Numbered from the stretch's first letter, positions 17,962 through 27,057 are shown. The stretch is 32,690 bases of DNA from an uncultured Candidatus Planktophila sp. (GCA_964391815.1 CAYMNN010000003.1:1-32690); one strand, 5' to 3'. The notes: generated by a model from the letters alone, not told the origin. A program made the numbers and translations.

Positions 17962-18742
17962 CCTTCATGCAACAAAGGAGATCGCCGTTTCAATTAGAAA
18001 CGTCGGTCTTACTTACACAACCGCGATAGATCGCAGACCAACTTTAAAGGCACGTGTTAAGGCACTAGGTCGTGGTGGTAAACAAACTCGCGTTGTTCGG
18101 GCACTTGATGACATAAATCTTGATGTCGAATACGGACAAGTATTGGGTGTAATTGGAACTAACGGTGCGGGAAAGTCATCTCTAATGCGCTGTGTAGCCG
18201 GAATCTTGCCTCCATCACAGGGTCGCATAGAGGTATATGGATCAGTAAGCACCTTGTTAGCACTTGGCGTTGGATTTAATCCATCGATGTCTGGTCGAGA
18301 TAACGTCTTTTTGGGTGGTTTAGCTGCAGGAATGTCGCGCGAAGAAATCGAAGGTCACTTCGATGAAATTGCTGACTTTTCAGAGCTCGGAGATGCAATA
18401 GATGCACCGATGCGAACTTATTCATCGGGAATGTACGCACGTTTAGCTTTTTCAGTAGCCGCAACAGTTCGACCAGATATTTTGATTATCGACGAAGCAC
18501 TTAGCACGGGTGATGCAAAGTTTAAAGAAAAAAGCCTCAATCGCGTGAAAGAGTTAAGAAGTGATGACCGCGCATTAATCCTGGTAAGCCATGCAATGCA
18601 AACTCTGCGCGAAACTTGTAATGATGTTGCCTGGTTGCATAAGGGCAAGTTGATTCAACGTGGTGAACCAAATCAAGTAATCGACGCCTATCAAGAGTTT
18701 TTACATCTTGGAAAGAGTGCCGCAATTGATGAGGATGTTTAA
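17939..18742 (+). CDS. Polysaccharide/teichoic-acid ABC exporter ATPase (Wzt/TagH family); start uncertain (GTG 17939 or CTG 17948)
   Basis: Walker A GTNGAGKS, signature YSSGMYARL, Walker B ILIIDE and H-loop VSH. Confidence 0.9.
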   Translation: MSSLSASNLHATKEIAVSIRNVGLTYTTAIDRRPTLKARVKALGRGGKQTRVVRALDDINLDVEYGQVLGVIGTNGAGKSSLMRCVAGILPPSQGRIEVYGSVSTLLALGVGFNPSMSGRDNVFLGGLAAGMSREEIEGHFDEIADFSELGDAIDAPMRTYSSGMYARLAFSVAATVRPDILIIDEALSTGDAKFKEKSLNRVKELRSDDRALILVSHAMQTLRETCNDVAWLHKGKLIQRGEPNQVIDAYQEFLHLGKSAAIDEDV

Positions 18743-20006
18743 GCCGCTCGTTTTACTTTTGGCTTTAGTTGCAATTACTCCGCCGCAAGCATCTGCGGTA
18801 GAAGTGCCAACGGAGTTTGCGATCACAGGTGCCGGATACGGTCACGGAGTAGGACTGAGTCAGATTGGCGCCCGTTCCAAAGCTCTTGCAGGTGAAACTG
18901 CTACTGCGATCTTGAATTACTATTACAAAGATGTCGTGATTCAACCCATGGATGATTCAAAGATCCTGCGAGTAAATGTTGGTCATCTACTAAGCACTGC
19001 ACGGATTGCAACTGCAACACCTGATGCAACTATTCAAATCTTTAACGGGGATATTGGTGATGCACAAGATGTCGCCCCTCTTGCAATTGTGCCAGTTAGA
19101 AGTTCACTGAACTTTTCTATTCTTGGTTCCACCGTTGTTCCAAGTGTTGTTGTTGGAAGAAAAACCACAAGTTTGCCAAGAAATAGAGTGTTCACAGTCC
19201 GTTGGAGTGGAACGCGTTACCTGCCAGGTGTTGATGGCGTTGTTTCATTGACTCATTCATCTGTAACAACAAGGTATCGATACGGTCAGATGCAATTTAG
19301 AGCGGTGAAAGCTTCGACGCTGGGTTATCGACTAGAGATAACTAATTCTGTTCGATTAGCTGATGAGTATTTATGGGGAATTAGCGAAGTTCCATCTTCC
19401 TGGCCTATGGCAGCGCTAGAAGCACAAGCAATCGCCTCACGCACCTATGCGCTTAACAAAGCTGGCATCTATCGAGCACGATGTGATTGCGACTTATATG
19501 GCGAAATATCTGATCAAAAGTTTCTCGGTTTTGCCAAAGAAACCGAAAGGAACTGGGGCAAGTTTTGGGTTACCGCTGTCACTAACACGGCAGGTTTGGT
19601 TCTGACCCAAAACAACTTACCTATCGCGGCATATTTTGGAAGCTCAACTGGTGGATTAACCGAAACTGCTCTGAACGCTTGGGGAAGTGAGCGAACATAT
19701 ACACAAATCATCCCTGATCCTGGCAGCCAAGACCCAAAACTAAATCCAAACTTCTTTAGTTGGAAACGTTCAATTTCCCAAGCATCAGCTGCGCTTGCCT
19801 TTGCGCTGCCTGATGTAGTTTCGCTAGAGATTGTTTCTAAGAATTTAAGCGGAACTGTTGCAACAATTAGAGCAACTTCAAGTGCAGGAATTCAAAAAAC
19901 ACTACGTGGTGAAACCTTTAGAAGCCGAACCAGAATTCCTTCTGCCTACTTTGATTTAGTTGGCGTGCAGAATGCTGTTGAGCCCACCCCAAGTCCCAGT
20001 CCTTAA
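18735..20006 (+). CDS. Secreted SpoIID/LytB-domain peptidoglycan lytic transglycosylase-like protein
   Basis: Signal peptide (..PQASA|VE), [21 protein letters not shown] and [27 protein letters not shown]. Start may be 18729. Confidence 0.88.
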   Translation: MFKPLVLLLALVAITPPQASAVEVPTEFAITGAGYGHGVGLSQIGARSKALAGETATAILNYYYKDVVIQPMDDSKILRVNVGHLLSTARIATATPDATIQIFNGDIGDAQDVAPLAIVPVRSSLNFSILGSTVVPSVVVGRKTTSLPRNRVFTVRWSGTRYLPGVDGVVSLTHSSVTTRYRYGQMQFRAVKASTLGYRLEITNSVRLADEYLWGISEVPSSWPMAALEAQAIASRTYALNKAGIYRARCDCDLYGEISDQKFLGFAKETERNWGKFWVTAVTNTAGLVLTQNNLPIAAYFGSSTGGLTETALNAWGSERTYTQIIPDPGSQDPKLNPNFFSWKRSISQASAALAFALPDVVSLEIVSKNLSGTVATIRATSSAGIQKTLRGETFRSRTRIPSAYFDLVGVQNAVEPTPSPSP

Positions 20007-20873
20007 AACTACTTCAAGGCCGCCATCCAAAGAGTTTCTGCGGAACAACAAGTTACTTGCTCCTGAAAGTGTTCCAGCTTTAACAACTTCGCCATCAGGT
20101 AACTTAACCTTGGCCGCGGCGGTTATATAAGTACCAGCTTCAATCACGCAGTTATCACCTAATGAAATCCCCAAGCCTGAGTTAGCGCCAAGCAAACACT
20201 TTTCACCAATTGAAATAACTTCTTTGCCACCACCACTGAGGGTTCCCATAATTGATGCACCGCCACCGACATCGGTTCCGTCCCCAACAATCACACCAGC
20301 TGAAATTCTTCCTTCAACCATTGAAGTTCCAAGCGTTCCTGCATTGAAGTTAACGAAACCTTCATGCATCACTGTTGTACCTGCAGCCAAGTGCGCACCT
20401 AGTCGAACACGATCGGCATCGGCGATTCGAACACCTGAAGGAACTACATAATCAACCATTCGAGGAAACTTATCGACGCCGTACACACTGACATGCCCAT
20501 GTGTAGCTTTCAAACGTGCACGAGTAATTTCAAAATCTTCAACCGGACATGGTCCTGCTGAAGTCCAAACAACATTGCTTAGAATTCCAAAAATCCCATC
20601 AAGTGCCAGCCCGTGTGGTTTCACGAGTCGATGTGAGAGAAGATGCAGTCTCAAGTACGCATCGGCTGCATTAGCTGGTGCTTTTGAAATATCAATTTCA
20701 ATACTTACGACTTCACGAGAAACTCCGCGAGCTGCATCGTTGCCGACAAGTGCGGATAGTTCAGCTGGAACTGATCCAGAAAGTTGGGATAAAGCAGGGG
20801 ATGGAAACCAAACATCCAGGGTTACACCCTTTGCGATAGTTGCGATTCCGTGGCCAGATGCGATGGTCGTCAT
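19956..20873 (-). CDS. dapD: Tetrahydrodipicolinate N-succinyltransferase (actinobacterial type)
   Basis: [56 protein letters not shown] and LFRRNS motifs. Confidence 0.95.
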   Translation of the reverse strand: MTTIASGHGIATIAKGVTLDVWFPSPALSQLSGSVPAELSALVGNDAARGVSREVVSIEIDISKAPANAADAYLRLHLLSHRLVKPHGLALDGIFGILSNVVWTSAGPCPVEDFEITRARLKATHGHVSVYGVDKFPRMVDYVVPSGVRIADADRVRLGAHLAAGTTVMHEGFVNFNAGTLGTSMVEGRISAGVIVGDGTDVGGGASIMGTLSGGGKEVISIGEKCLLGANSGLGISLGDNCVIEAGTYITAAAKVKLPDGEVVKAGTLSGASNLLFRRNSLDGGLEVVLRTGTWGGLNSILHAN

Positions 20874-20903
20874 GTCCCAAGCCTAGCCTCTATTGTTAGC
20901 CGC
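20874..20903. promoter_or_regulatory. Back-to-back leaderless promoters for dapD and the LOG gene
   Basis: Minus-strand TAGGCT (20885-20880) lies 6 nt before ATG 20873. Plus-strand TATTGT (20891-20896) lies 7 nt before ATG 20904. Confidence 0.65.
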
Positions 20904-21437
20904 ATGCGTATTGCCGTCTTTTGTTCATCCTCACCCGCGATCGATAACAAGTATGTAGAGCTTGCTTACGAGTTGGGGCAGGGAATTGCTTCCAGTTCAC
21001 ATGAATTAGTCACAGGTGGCGGACACATTTCAATGATGGGGGCGGTATCCAGGGGAGCGCGTGCTGCTGGGGGAAAGACAATCGGTGTTATTCCACAAGC
21101 ATTAGTTGAAATTGAATTCGCCGATCACGACAATGATGAATTGCATGTTGTTGAAACTATGGGACAACGTAAGCACATGATCACAGACATTTCAGATGCG
21201 TTTGTGACGCTACCTGGTGGTGCAGGCACACTGGAAGAGTTCTTTGAAATCTGGGTTGGGCATTATTTGAAGTTCCATTCAAAGCCAGTCGTAATTTTAG
21301 ATCCATTTGGAATTTATGCACCTTTACATGAATTAATTGTTCACTTAGAAGATGAAAAGTTTATTAAGCCAGGAATGCGCGAAATTGTTCAATGGACAAC
21401 CACCGTCGATGAAGCATTGCGAGCATGTCAATCATGA
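20904..21437 (+). CDS. LOG family nucleotide phosphoribohydrolase (TIGR00730-like)
   Basis: MRIAVFCSS, TGGG..MMG, RK and PGGAGTLEE motifs. Start reassigned to ATG 20904. Confidence 0.92.
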   Translation: MRIAVFCSSSPAIDNKYVELAYELGQGIASSSHELVTGGGHISMMGAVSRGARAAGGKTIGVIPQALVEIEFADHDNDELHVVETMGQRKHMITDISDAFVTLPGGAGTLEEFFEIWVGHYLKFHSKPVVILDPFGIYAPLHELIVHLEDEKFIKPGMREIVQWTTTVDEALRACQS

Positions 21438-21868
21438 GAAGCAATCACATTGCCATGAGTCTGGTTATTGATGCTCCAATTCAAAAAGTCTGGGATGCAT
21501 TGGCTGACTGGGAATCACAAAGTGAATGGATGCTTCAAACCACTGTTGAAGTTACTTCTGAAATTCGCTCAGGTGTTGGAACCTCAATTGCAGCTTTTAC
21601 CGGTATCGGAAAATTTGGAATCATGGATTACATGACTGTGACTGCATGGAATCCACCAACCGTGTGCGATGTTGTTCATACAGGAAAAATAATTAAGGGC
21701 ACGGGACGTTTTGAATTAACTGCGATCACACCAAATACGACACGGTTTGATTGGTCAGAAGAAGTCCTTGCTCCGCGAGCGCTATTTCTACTTATTGCAC
21801 CAGGTTTGTACGCAGGAGTACGCATCTCTTTGTCAGCCTTACGCCGCCAGTTGCAGCAAAGGAAGTAA
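21434..21868 (+). CDS. SRPBCC/START (polyketide cyclase-like) family protein
   Basis: IDAPIQKVWDALADW..QSEWM, W.PP, H.G..I.G.G.F and T.F.W.E pattern. ATGA overlap with the LOG gene. Confidence 0.82.
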   Translation: MRSNHIAMSLVIDAPIQKVWDALADWESQSEWMLQTTVEVTSEIRSGVGTSIAAFTGIGKFGIMDYMTVTAWNPPTVCDVVHTGKIIKGTGRFELTAITPNTTRFDWSEEVLAPRALFLLIAPGLYAGVRISLSALRRQLQQRK

Positions 21869-21877
21869 AGTTGCCTC

Positions 21878-22072
21878 ATGGGCAAGCAACCGCAAACACT
21901 GGCGCAAGCTATTGCCTCGTTACCGGAAGAAGAGCGCATCATCTTGACCATGCATTATTTGAAGTCGATGAGCGCCGCCGATATTGCTGCAATCCTTGGA
22001 GTTCCAGAGCGCTCCGTTGAGGCAATTATTCGCCAGGGTAAGGCCCGATTGAGCGCGATTCTGGGCATATAG
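21878..22072 (+). CDS. Stand-alone sigma-70 region-4-like HTH protein (64 aa)
   Basis: AIASLPEEERIILTMHY...MS..DIA.ILGVPERSV..II.QGK.RL matches the sigma region-4 consensus. TAAAGT lies 6 nt upstream of the ATG. Confidence 0.82.
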   Translation: MGKQPQTLAQAIASLPEEERIILTMHYLKSMSAADIAAILGVPERSVEAIIRQGKARLSAILGI

Positions 22073-22165
22073 CCCAACCTCGAATTCGCACTCAGGCTGA
22101 TTCTGCGAGATACTTACCCCCTTGCTTCACACCTAGCAGTACCAACGATTTAGAGGAGTCTTCCC

Positions 22166-22345
22166 ATGGCAGCCATGAAACCCCGCACTGGTGATGGTCC
22201 AATGGAGGTCACGAAGGAAGCTCGTTCCCTCGTAATGCGAATTCCTCTCGAAGGCGGCGGCCGTTTGGTTGTCGAAATGAACGCCGAAGAAGCAAATAAC
22301 CTCAGCGCAGCACTTCACGCAGCTGTAGCTCTCGTTAAGAAGTAA
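22166..22345 (+). CDS. DUF3117 family small protein (59 aa; missed by the ORF track)
   Basis: My translation is MAAMKPRTGDGPMEVTKEARSLVMRIPLEGGGRLVVEMNAEEANNLSAALHAAVALVKK*, the characteristic actinobacterial DUF3117 sequence. SD AGAGGAG at 22152-22158. Confidence 0.93.
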   Translation: MAAMKPRTGDGPMEVTKEARSLVMRIPLEGGGRLVVEMNAEEANNLSAALHAAVALVKK

Positions 22346-22376
22346 TTTAGATTTAAAGGCACTAGCCTTACCAATC

Positions 22377-23855
22377 ATGTCAGCGCTACCTCAGTATGCA
22401 CCCTTTGAGATTTCAAAGGCGGTAAGTGCTCACTCAATCGCTCTTGGCTTCATTAAAAACTCAGCCGGCGACTTTGAATTTATATCACCTATTGCACCCC
22501 AGATTGAAAAGTATTTTGGCCTGAACCTTGTTGATGAATTAACTTTTTTTGCACCAACTGGAAAAGCTGGAGAACTTTTTGAAATTCCAGTTAGCGCTGA
22601 AGATTCTCAAACCGATCGCTTGTTCTTAGTTGCAATTGGGGATCAAAGTGGTTCTGCGGCGCGTGCAGCTGGCGCAGCCGTTGGCCGCAAGGTGCGAGGA
22701 AAAAACACAACAGTATTTGCAGCATGTGTTGTCACAGAGATTAAATCCTTTGCAATTTCGACAGCACTTGGGGCCTGGGTCTGGAATCTCAAGACTGACA
22801 AGAAAAAAGAAGAGCCAACAATTTTTGTTGCAAGCAAAGATGCCCAGATTGTTAAAGATGCAGCAGCGATTGCACAAGCCATCTGCACGACCCGCGATTT
22901 AGTTCACACTCCTGCAAACATCAAAACACCGGCTTGGATGGGTAAGCAAGCAGAAGAGTGTGCAAAAGGAACCGGTTTAACCGTAAAAATTTTTGCAGGT
23001 ACAGCGCTGAAAGAGTTTGGCGGATTGCGTGCAGTTGGTGGCTCATCACCGAAGCCAGGACCACGCATGATTCAAGTTACGTATCAACCAAAATCTAAGA
23101 AGAAGTCTGTTAATGCTTTGCCACATGTTGTTTTAGTGGGCAAAGGAATCACCTTTGATACTGGTGGAGTTTCATTAAAGCGCCCTTATGACACGATGAT
23201 GGCGATGAAAAGTGACATGGCTGGCGCTGCGGCAATCCTTGGAACACTTACAGCTCTTGAACAATTGCAGCCAAATGTCAAAGTAACCGCTTTGATGATG
23301 ATGGCTGAAAACGCTATCTCTGCCACAGCTCAACGACCAAGTGATGTCATCAAACACTACGGTGGAACAACAGTTGAGGTAATTAATACCGATGCTGAAG
23401 GACGTTTAGTTTTGGCAGATGGCTTGGCCTATGCCGATGCTCATTTAGATCCAGATTACTTACTTGATATTGCAACTTTAACGGGAGCAGCAACCCTTGG
23501 TTTAGGTCGCCAGTATGCAGCTATGTACACCCGCGATAACGCTTTAGCTGCCGCGCTGTCAAAAGCAGGAGATGCAACCGGTGATCGTGTTTGGCACATG
23601 CCATTAGTTGATGACTACAAGGAAGCATTGCGAAGTGACATTGCAGATCTTAATCACACCGCAGATAAAGGTAAGTTCTCAGCTGGTTCAGTTACTGCAG
23701 CACTTTTCCTAGAAAATTTCACATCGACAAGACGATGGGTTCACTTAGACATCGCAGGAACTGCGCGCAGCGAAGTTGATGCAGGCGAAAATTCAAAAGG
23801 TGGAACAGGATTCGGAGTACGCCTTCTTACTGAATGGATAACCTCGTTGTCATGA
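22377..23855 (+). CDS. pepA: Leucyl aminopeptidase (M17)
   Basis: VGKGITFDTGG, MKSDMAGAA, NTDAEGRLVLAD, ATLTGA and HLDIAG motifs. Confidence 0.93.
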   Translation: MSALPQYAPFEISKAVSAHSIALGFIKNSAGDFEFISPIAPQIEKYFGLNLVDELTFFAPTGKAGELFEIPVSAEDSQTDRLFLVAIGDQSGSAARAAGAAVGRKVRGKNTTVFAACVVTEIKSFAISTALGAWVWNLKTDKKKEEPTIFVASKDAQIVKDAAAIAQAICTTRDLVHTPANIKTPAWMGKQAEECAKGTGLTVKIFAGTALKEFGGLRAVGGSSPKPGPRMIQVTYQPKSKKKSVNALPHVVLVGKGITFDTGGVSLKRPYDTMMAMKSDMAGAAAILGTLTALEQLQPNVKVTALMMMAENAISATAQRPSDVIKHYGGTTVEVINTDAEGRLVLADGLAYADAHLDPDYLLDIATLTGAATLGLGRQYAAMYTRDNALAAALSKAGDATGDRVWHMPLVDDYKEALRSDIADLNHTADKGKFSAGSVTAALFLENFTSTRRWVHLDIAGTARSEVDAGENSKGGTGFGVRLLTEWITSLS

Positions 23856-24478
23856 GAGTAGATCCACATACCTTCGCCGAGAATTTCATTGCTGAAGATC
23901 ATTTCAAATCTCAAGCAAGAGCCCGTGGCATTGAATTAGGCACAGTAGATACAACTCCTGGTGCTGGTGCATTTCTAAGATTTTTAGCATCGACTTTGAA
24001 AGCACAATCAGTAGTCGAAATCGGTACAGGTTCAGGTGTTGGTAGCTTGTGGTTGTTTGACGGAATGCTTCCAAGTGGAACTTTGACTTCCATTGATGAC
24101 GAGATGGAGCATTCACAGATTGCCAAACTTGCTTTCGCAGATGCTGATATCGCACCAAGTCGATACCGCTTAATTACAAACTCAGTCCTAGAAGTAATTT
24201 CAAAGCTAACTGACCGTGCCTATGACTTAGTTGTTGTTCGCCATAACCCTGAAGACTTGAGTTATGTCATCAATGAAGCGCACAGAATTCTGCGTAGCGG
24301 CGGGGCATTAGTAATTGACAATTATTACGGTGGCGGAAAAGTGTGCGATGCAGCCCAGCGTGATCCACGCACCGTTGCCCTGCGCGATACTGGGAAAATC
24401 ATTAAGAATGACACCGATCATTGGGTGAGTTCTTTGGTCCCAGTCGGCGATGGATTACTGATAGCAACAAAGTTGTAG
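23852..24478 (+). CDS. SAM-dependent O-methyltransferase (Methyltransf_3, Rv1220c-like)
   Basis: VVEIGTGSGV, LTSID, YDLV, LRSGG and GDGLL motifs. ATGA overlap with pepA, and TAACCT 7 nt upstream. Confidence 0.88.
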   Translation: MRVDPHTFAENFIAEDHFKSQARARGIELGTVDTTPGAGAFLRFLASTLKAQSVVEIGTGSGVGSLWLFDGMLPSGTLTSIDDEMEHSQIAKLAFADADIAPSRYRLITNSVLEVISKLTDRAYDLVVVRHNPEDLSYVINEAHRILRSGGALVIDNYYGGGKVCDAAQRDPRTVALRDTGKIIKNDTDHWVSSLVPVGDGLLIATKL

Positions 24479-24490
24479 CAAAATAGCGCC

Positions 24491-25612
24491 ATGATCTTTC
24501 CACGTAAAAAAGTTGCCCCTGCTCCTGCCCCTTGGTGGCAGGCAAACACAGTCTCGAAAAATTCGAAGGGCTCGATTGCGCTGATCGCAGTTTTGGCTGG
24601 CGCTGCAGGTGGAATTTTGGGAGTTAACGCATCAGGTGCCTCACTTTTTAATCGAGTCAATCTAGTTTCATCAACAAGCACAATCGAACGTGCGCCAGAT
24701 TCTGTAGCCGGAACTGCCCAAAGAGTTTTGCCTTCAGTTGTTTCGATTCAAACTCGTTCACTAACAGGTGCCGGAACTGGATCAGGATTTTTTATTGATA
24801 GCGATGGTTACATTTTAACTAATAACCATGTCATTAGTTCTGCAGCACAATCAGGCGGAAGTATCAGAGTAAAGCTCAATGACGGGCGTACTTTCTCGGC
24901 AAAAGTTATTGGGCGAGATGCTTCTTACGACTTAGCGGTCCTAAAAATTGCTGCATCTGGTTTAAAGGCGATGCAATTTGGTGATAGCGATTTAGTTGCA
25001 GTTGGAGATGCAGTTATTGCGATTGGTTCTCCTTTGGGACTTTCTGGCACGGTTACGACAGGAATCATCAGCGCTAAGAATCGTCCAGTTACAGCTGGGG
25101 ATTCCAGCAATGAAAGTTCTTTTATTAACGCCTTACAAACTGATGCCGCAATCAATCCTGGCAACTCTGGTGGACCACTAGTTGATTCAACGGGAGCTGT
25201 GATTGGCGTTAACTCTGCAATCGCATCGTTGGGATCAGATCTTCGAACCGGCTCAATTGGACTTGGATTTGCAATCCCAATCAATCAAGCACGAAAGACT
25301 GCAGATCAGTTAATCAAAAATGGTGTTGCAACATATCCAGTAATTGGTATCTCACTTGATATGAATTACATGGGGGAAGGAGCTCAAGTAGCTACTTCTG
25401 GTCGTGGAATCTTGCCTGGCAGCCCTGCAGAAAAAGCGGGTTTGCGTAACGGAGATGTTGTTATTGCCTTGGATGGAAAGCCAATTAATAGTCCCGAAGA
25501 GCTCATTGTCAGTGTTCGTTCCATGAATGTTGGTGATGTAGTAAGCCTGACATTTAAACGCGATGGTGTTGAAAGAACTGTGTCATTGACTCTGATCGCG
25601 GCAAAGAAGTAA
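24491..25612 (+). CDS. htrA: HtrA/DegP serine protease with single PDZ domain
   Basis: TM anchor, catalytic triad TNNHV / DLAV / QTDAAINPGNSGG, and a C-terminal PDZ (SPAEKAGL..GDV). Confidence 0.94.
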   Translation: MIFPRKKVAPAPAPWWQANTVSKNSKGSIALIAVLAGAAGGILGVNASGASLFNRVNLVSSTSTIERAPDSVAGTAQRVLPSVVSIQTRSLTGAGTGSGFFIDSDGYILTNNHVISSAAQSGGSIRVKLNDGRTFSAKVIGRDASYDLAVLKIAASGLKAMQFGDSDLVAVGDAVIAIGSPLGLSGTVTTGIISAKNRPVTAGDSSNESSFINALQTDAAINPGNSGGPLVDSTGAVIGVNSAIASLGSDLRTGSIGLGFAIPINQARKTADQLIKNGVATYPVIGISLDMNYMGEGAQVATSGRGILPGSPAEKAGLRNGDVVIALDGKPINSPEELIVSVRSMNVGDVVSLTFKRDGVERTVSLTLIAAKK

Positions 25613-25618
25613 TTGGCG

Positions 25619-25624
25619 TAGGCT
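25619..25624 (+). promoter_or_regulatory. Putative -10 element (TAGGCT), leaderless start of tatB
   Basis: TANNNT 6 nt upstream of ATG 25631. Confidence 0.6.
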
Positions 25625-25630
25625 ACAGAA

Positions 25631-25939
25631 ATGTTCTTTGATCTAGGCGCTGGCGAACTTCTGGGCCTTGCAATCCTTGCCATGCTTCTTGTTGGCCCTG
25701 AACGTTTGCCAAAAGTTGCAGTTGAAGCTGCGCAATGGGTGAAGAAGCTTCGTGGTTTAGCAAATAAAGCTACTACTGAGCTCCGAGACAATCTAGGACC
25801 AGGTTTTGAAGATTTACAGCCAAAAGATTTAAACCCTAGAACTTTTGTTAAGAAGCAGATTTCAGATTTGTTAGATGAAGATACGCCTAAGCCCAAGGTT
25901 AAGAAACCAACTGCGATGATTGATCCAGATTTATTATGA
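25631..25939 (+). CDS. tatB: Twin-arginine translocase subunit TatB
   Basis: MFFDLGAGEL..L..L..L.VGPERLP, amphipathic helix and DLNPRTF, located between htrA and mrp. Confidence 0.9.
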   Translation: MFFDLGAGELLGLAILAMLLVGPERLPKVAVEAAQWVKKLRGLANKATTELRDNLGPGFEDLQPKDLNPRTFVKKQISDLLDEDTPKPKVKKPTAMIDPDLL

Positions 25940-27057
25940 CCCTTCTGGAACAAGTTACAGAAGCGCTTTCAAAGGTTAATGACCCAGAGCTTCGTCATCC
26001 AATTACTGAACTTGGAATGATTGAAGATCTTTCCGAAAAAAATGGTTCGGTCTCCTTAAAGGTTTTGTTAACGATTGCAGCCTGTCCCATGCAAGATCGC
26101 TTACGCACAGACATTACAAGTGCAGTGCAATCAGTTGAAGGTGTAAAAGATGTTGATCTCCTGTTTGGTGTCATGAATGAAGAGCAACGTAATTTTGTAA
26201 AGAAAGTTGTTCGAGGTGGACGCGAAAAATTCATTCCATTTGCTCAACCTGATTCATTGACCCGAGTAATTGGTATCGCATCTGGCAAGGGCGGGGTTGG
26301 AAAATCTTCAGTTACTGCCAACTTAGCCGTTGCTATGGCTAAGAATGGCTTAACTGTTGGAATTTTGGATGCAGATGTTTATGGGCACTCGATTCCTCGT
26401 CTTATGGGCCTTATGGGTCAACGCCCAACGGCTATCGATCAAATGTTTATCCCGCTCGAGTCATATGGCGTGAAAACAGTTTCCATGGAAATGTTTAAAC
26501 CAGAACGCTCTGATCCGGTTGCTTATCGCGGACCGTTGCTTCATCGTGTGCTGGAGCAGCTGCTATCTGATGCGTATTGGGGCGATTTGGATGTTCTGCT
26601 GATTGATTTACCACCCGGAACCGGCGATCTAGCGATTTCATTAGGCCAACTGATTCCAACTTCAGAGATTGTTGTTGTAACAACGCCACAGATTGCAGCA
26701 GCAGAGGTTGCTGAACGTGCAGGAAGAATTGCACATCAAATTCACCAACATGTCATTGGTGTTATTGAAAACATGTCGGCATTTCCATGTCCTAACTGCA
26801 GCGACACAATTTCTTTGTTCGGTGAAGGCGGGGGAGAAGAAACTTCTCGCCGTCTGTCGCAACTTGTTGGCATTGACGTGCCGCTACTTGGAAAGATTCC
26901 GTTTAGTCCCGCGCTACGTACTGGTGGGGATGAAGGTGCACCGATTGTTGATGCCGATCCACAATCACCTGCTGCACTTGCGATTTCAGAAGTTGCTGAA
27001 AAGCTAATGAAGCGCAGTAAGTCTTTACTCGGAGTCCGATTGGGTGTCTCGACGTAA
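25936..27057 (+). CDS. mrp: Mrp/NBP35 Fe-S cluster carrier ATPase with N-terminal DUF59
   Basis: VNDPEL..ITELGM, SGKGGVGKSS, DADVYG, DLPPGTGD, ENMS and CPNC motifs. Confidence 0.94.
   Translation: MTLLEQVTEALSKVNDPELRHPITELGMIEDLSEKNGSVSLKVLLTIAACPMQDRLRTDITSAVQSVEGVKDVDLLFGVMNEEQRNFVKKVVRGGREKFIPFAQPDSLTRVIGIASGKGGVGKSSVTANLAVAMAKNGLTVGILDADVYGHSIPRLMGLMGQRPTAIDQMFIPLESYGVKTVSMEMFKPERSDPVAYRGPLLHRVLEQLLSDAYWGDLDVLLIDLPPGTGDLAISLGQLIPTSEIVVVTTPQIAAAEVAERAGRIAHQIHQHVIGVIENMSAFPCPNCSDTISLFGEGGGEETSRRLSQLVGIDVPLLGKIPFSPALRTGGDEGAPIVDADPQSPAALAISEVAEKLMKRSKSLLGVRLGVST

Noticed and set aside
18735-20006. SpoIID as evidence of sporulation
   Set aside because: SpoIID/LytB domains are widespread in non-sporulating bacteria, and no other sporulation genes are present.
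20904-21437. LOG plus P450 as a cytokinin biosynthesis (fas-like) system
   Set aside because: The genes are about 17 kb apart, there is no isopentenyltransferase, and LOG is in its usual housekeeping position near dapD.
22133-22378. 81-aa minus-strand ORF in an apparent gap
   Set aside because: Antisense to the real DUF3117 gene at 22166-22345, which has an SD and a recognisable sequence.
25384-25953. 189-aa minus-strand ORF
   Set aside because: Shadow of htrA/tatB with no family features.
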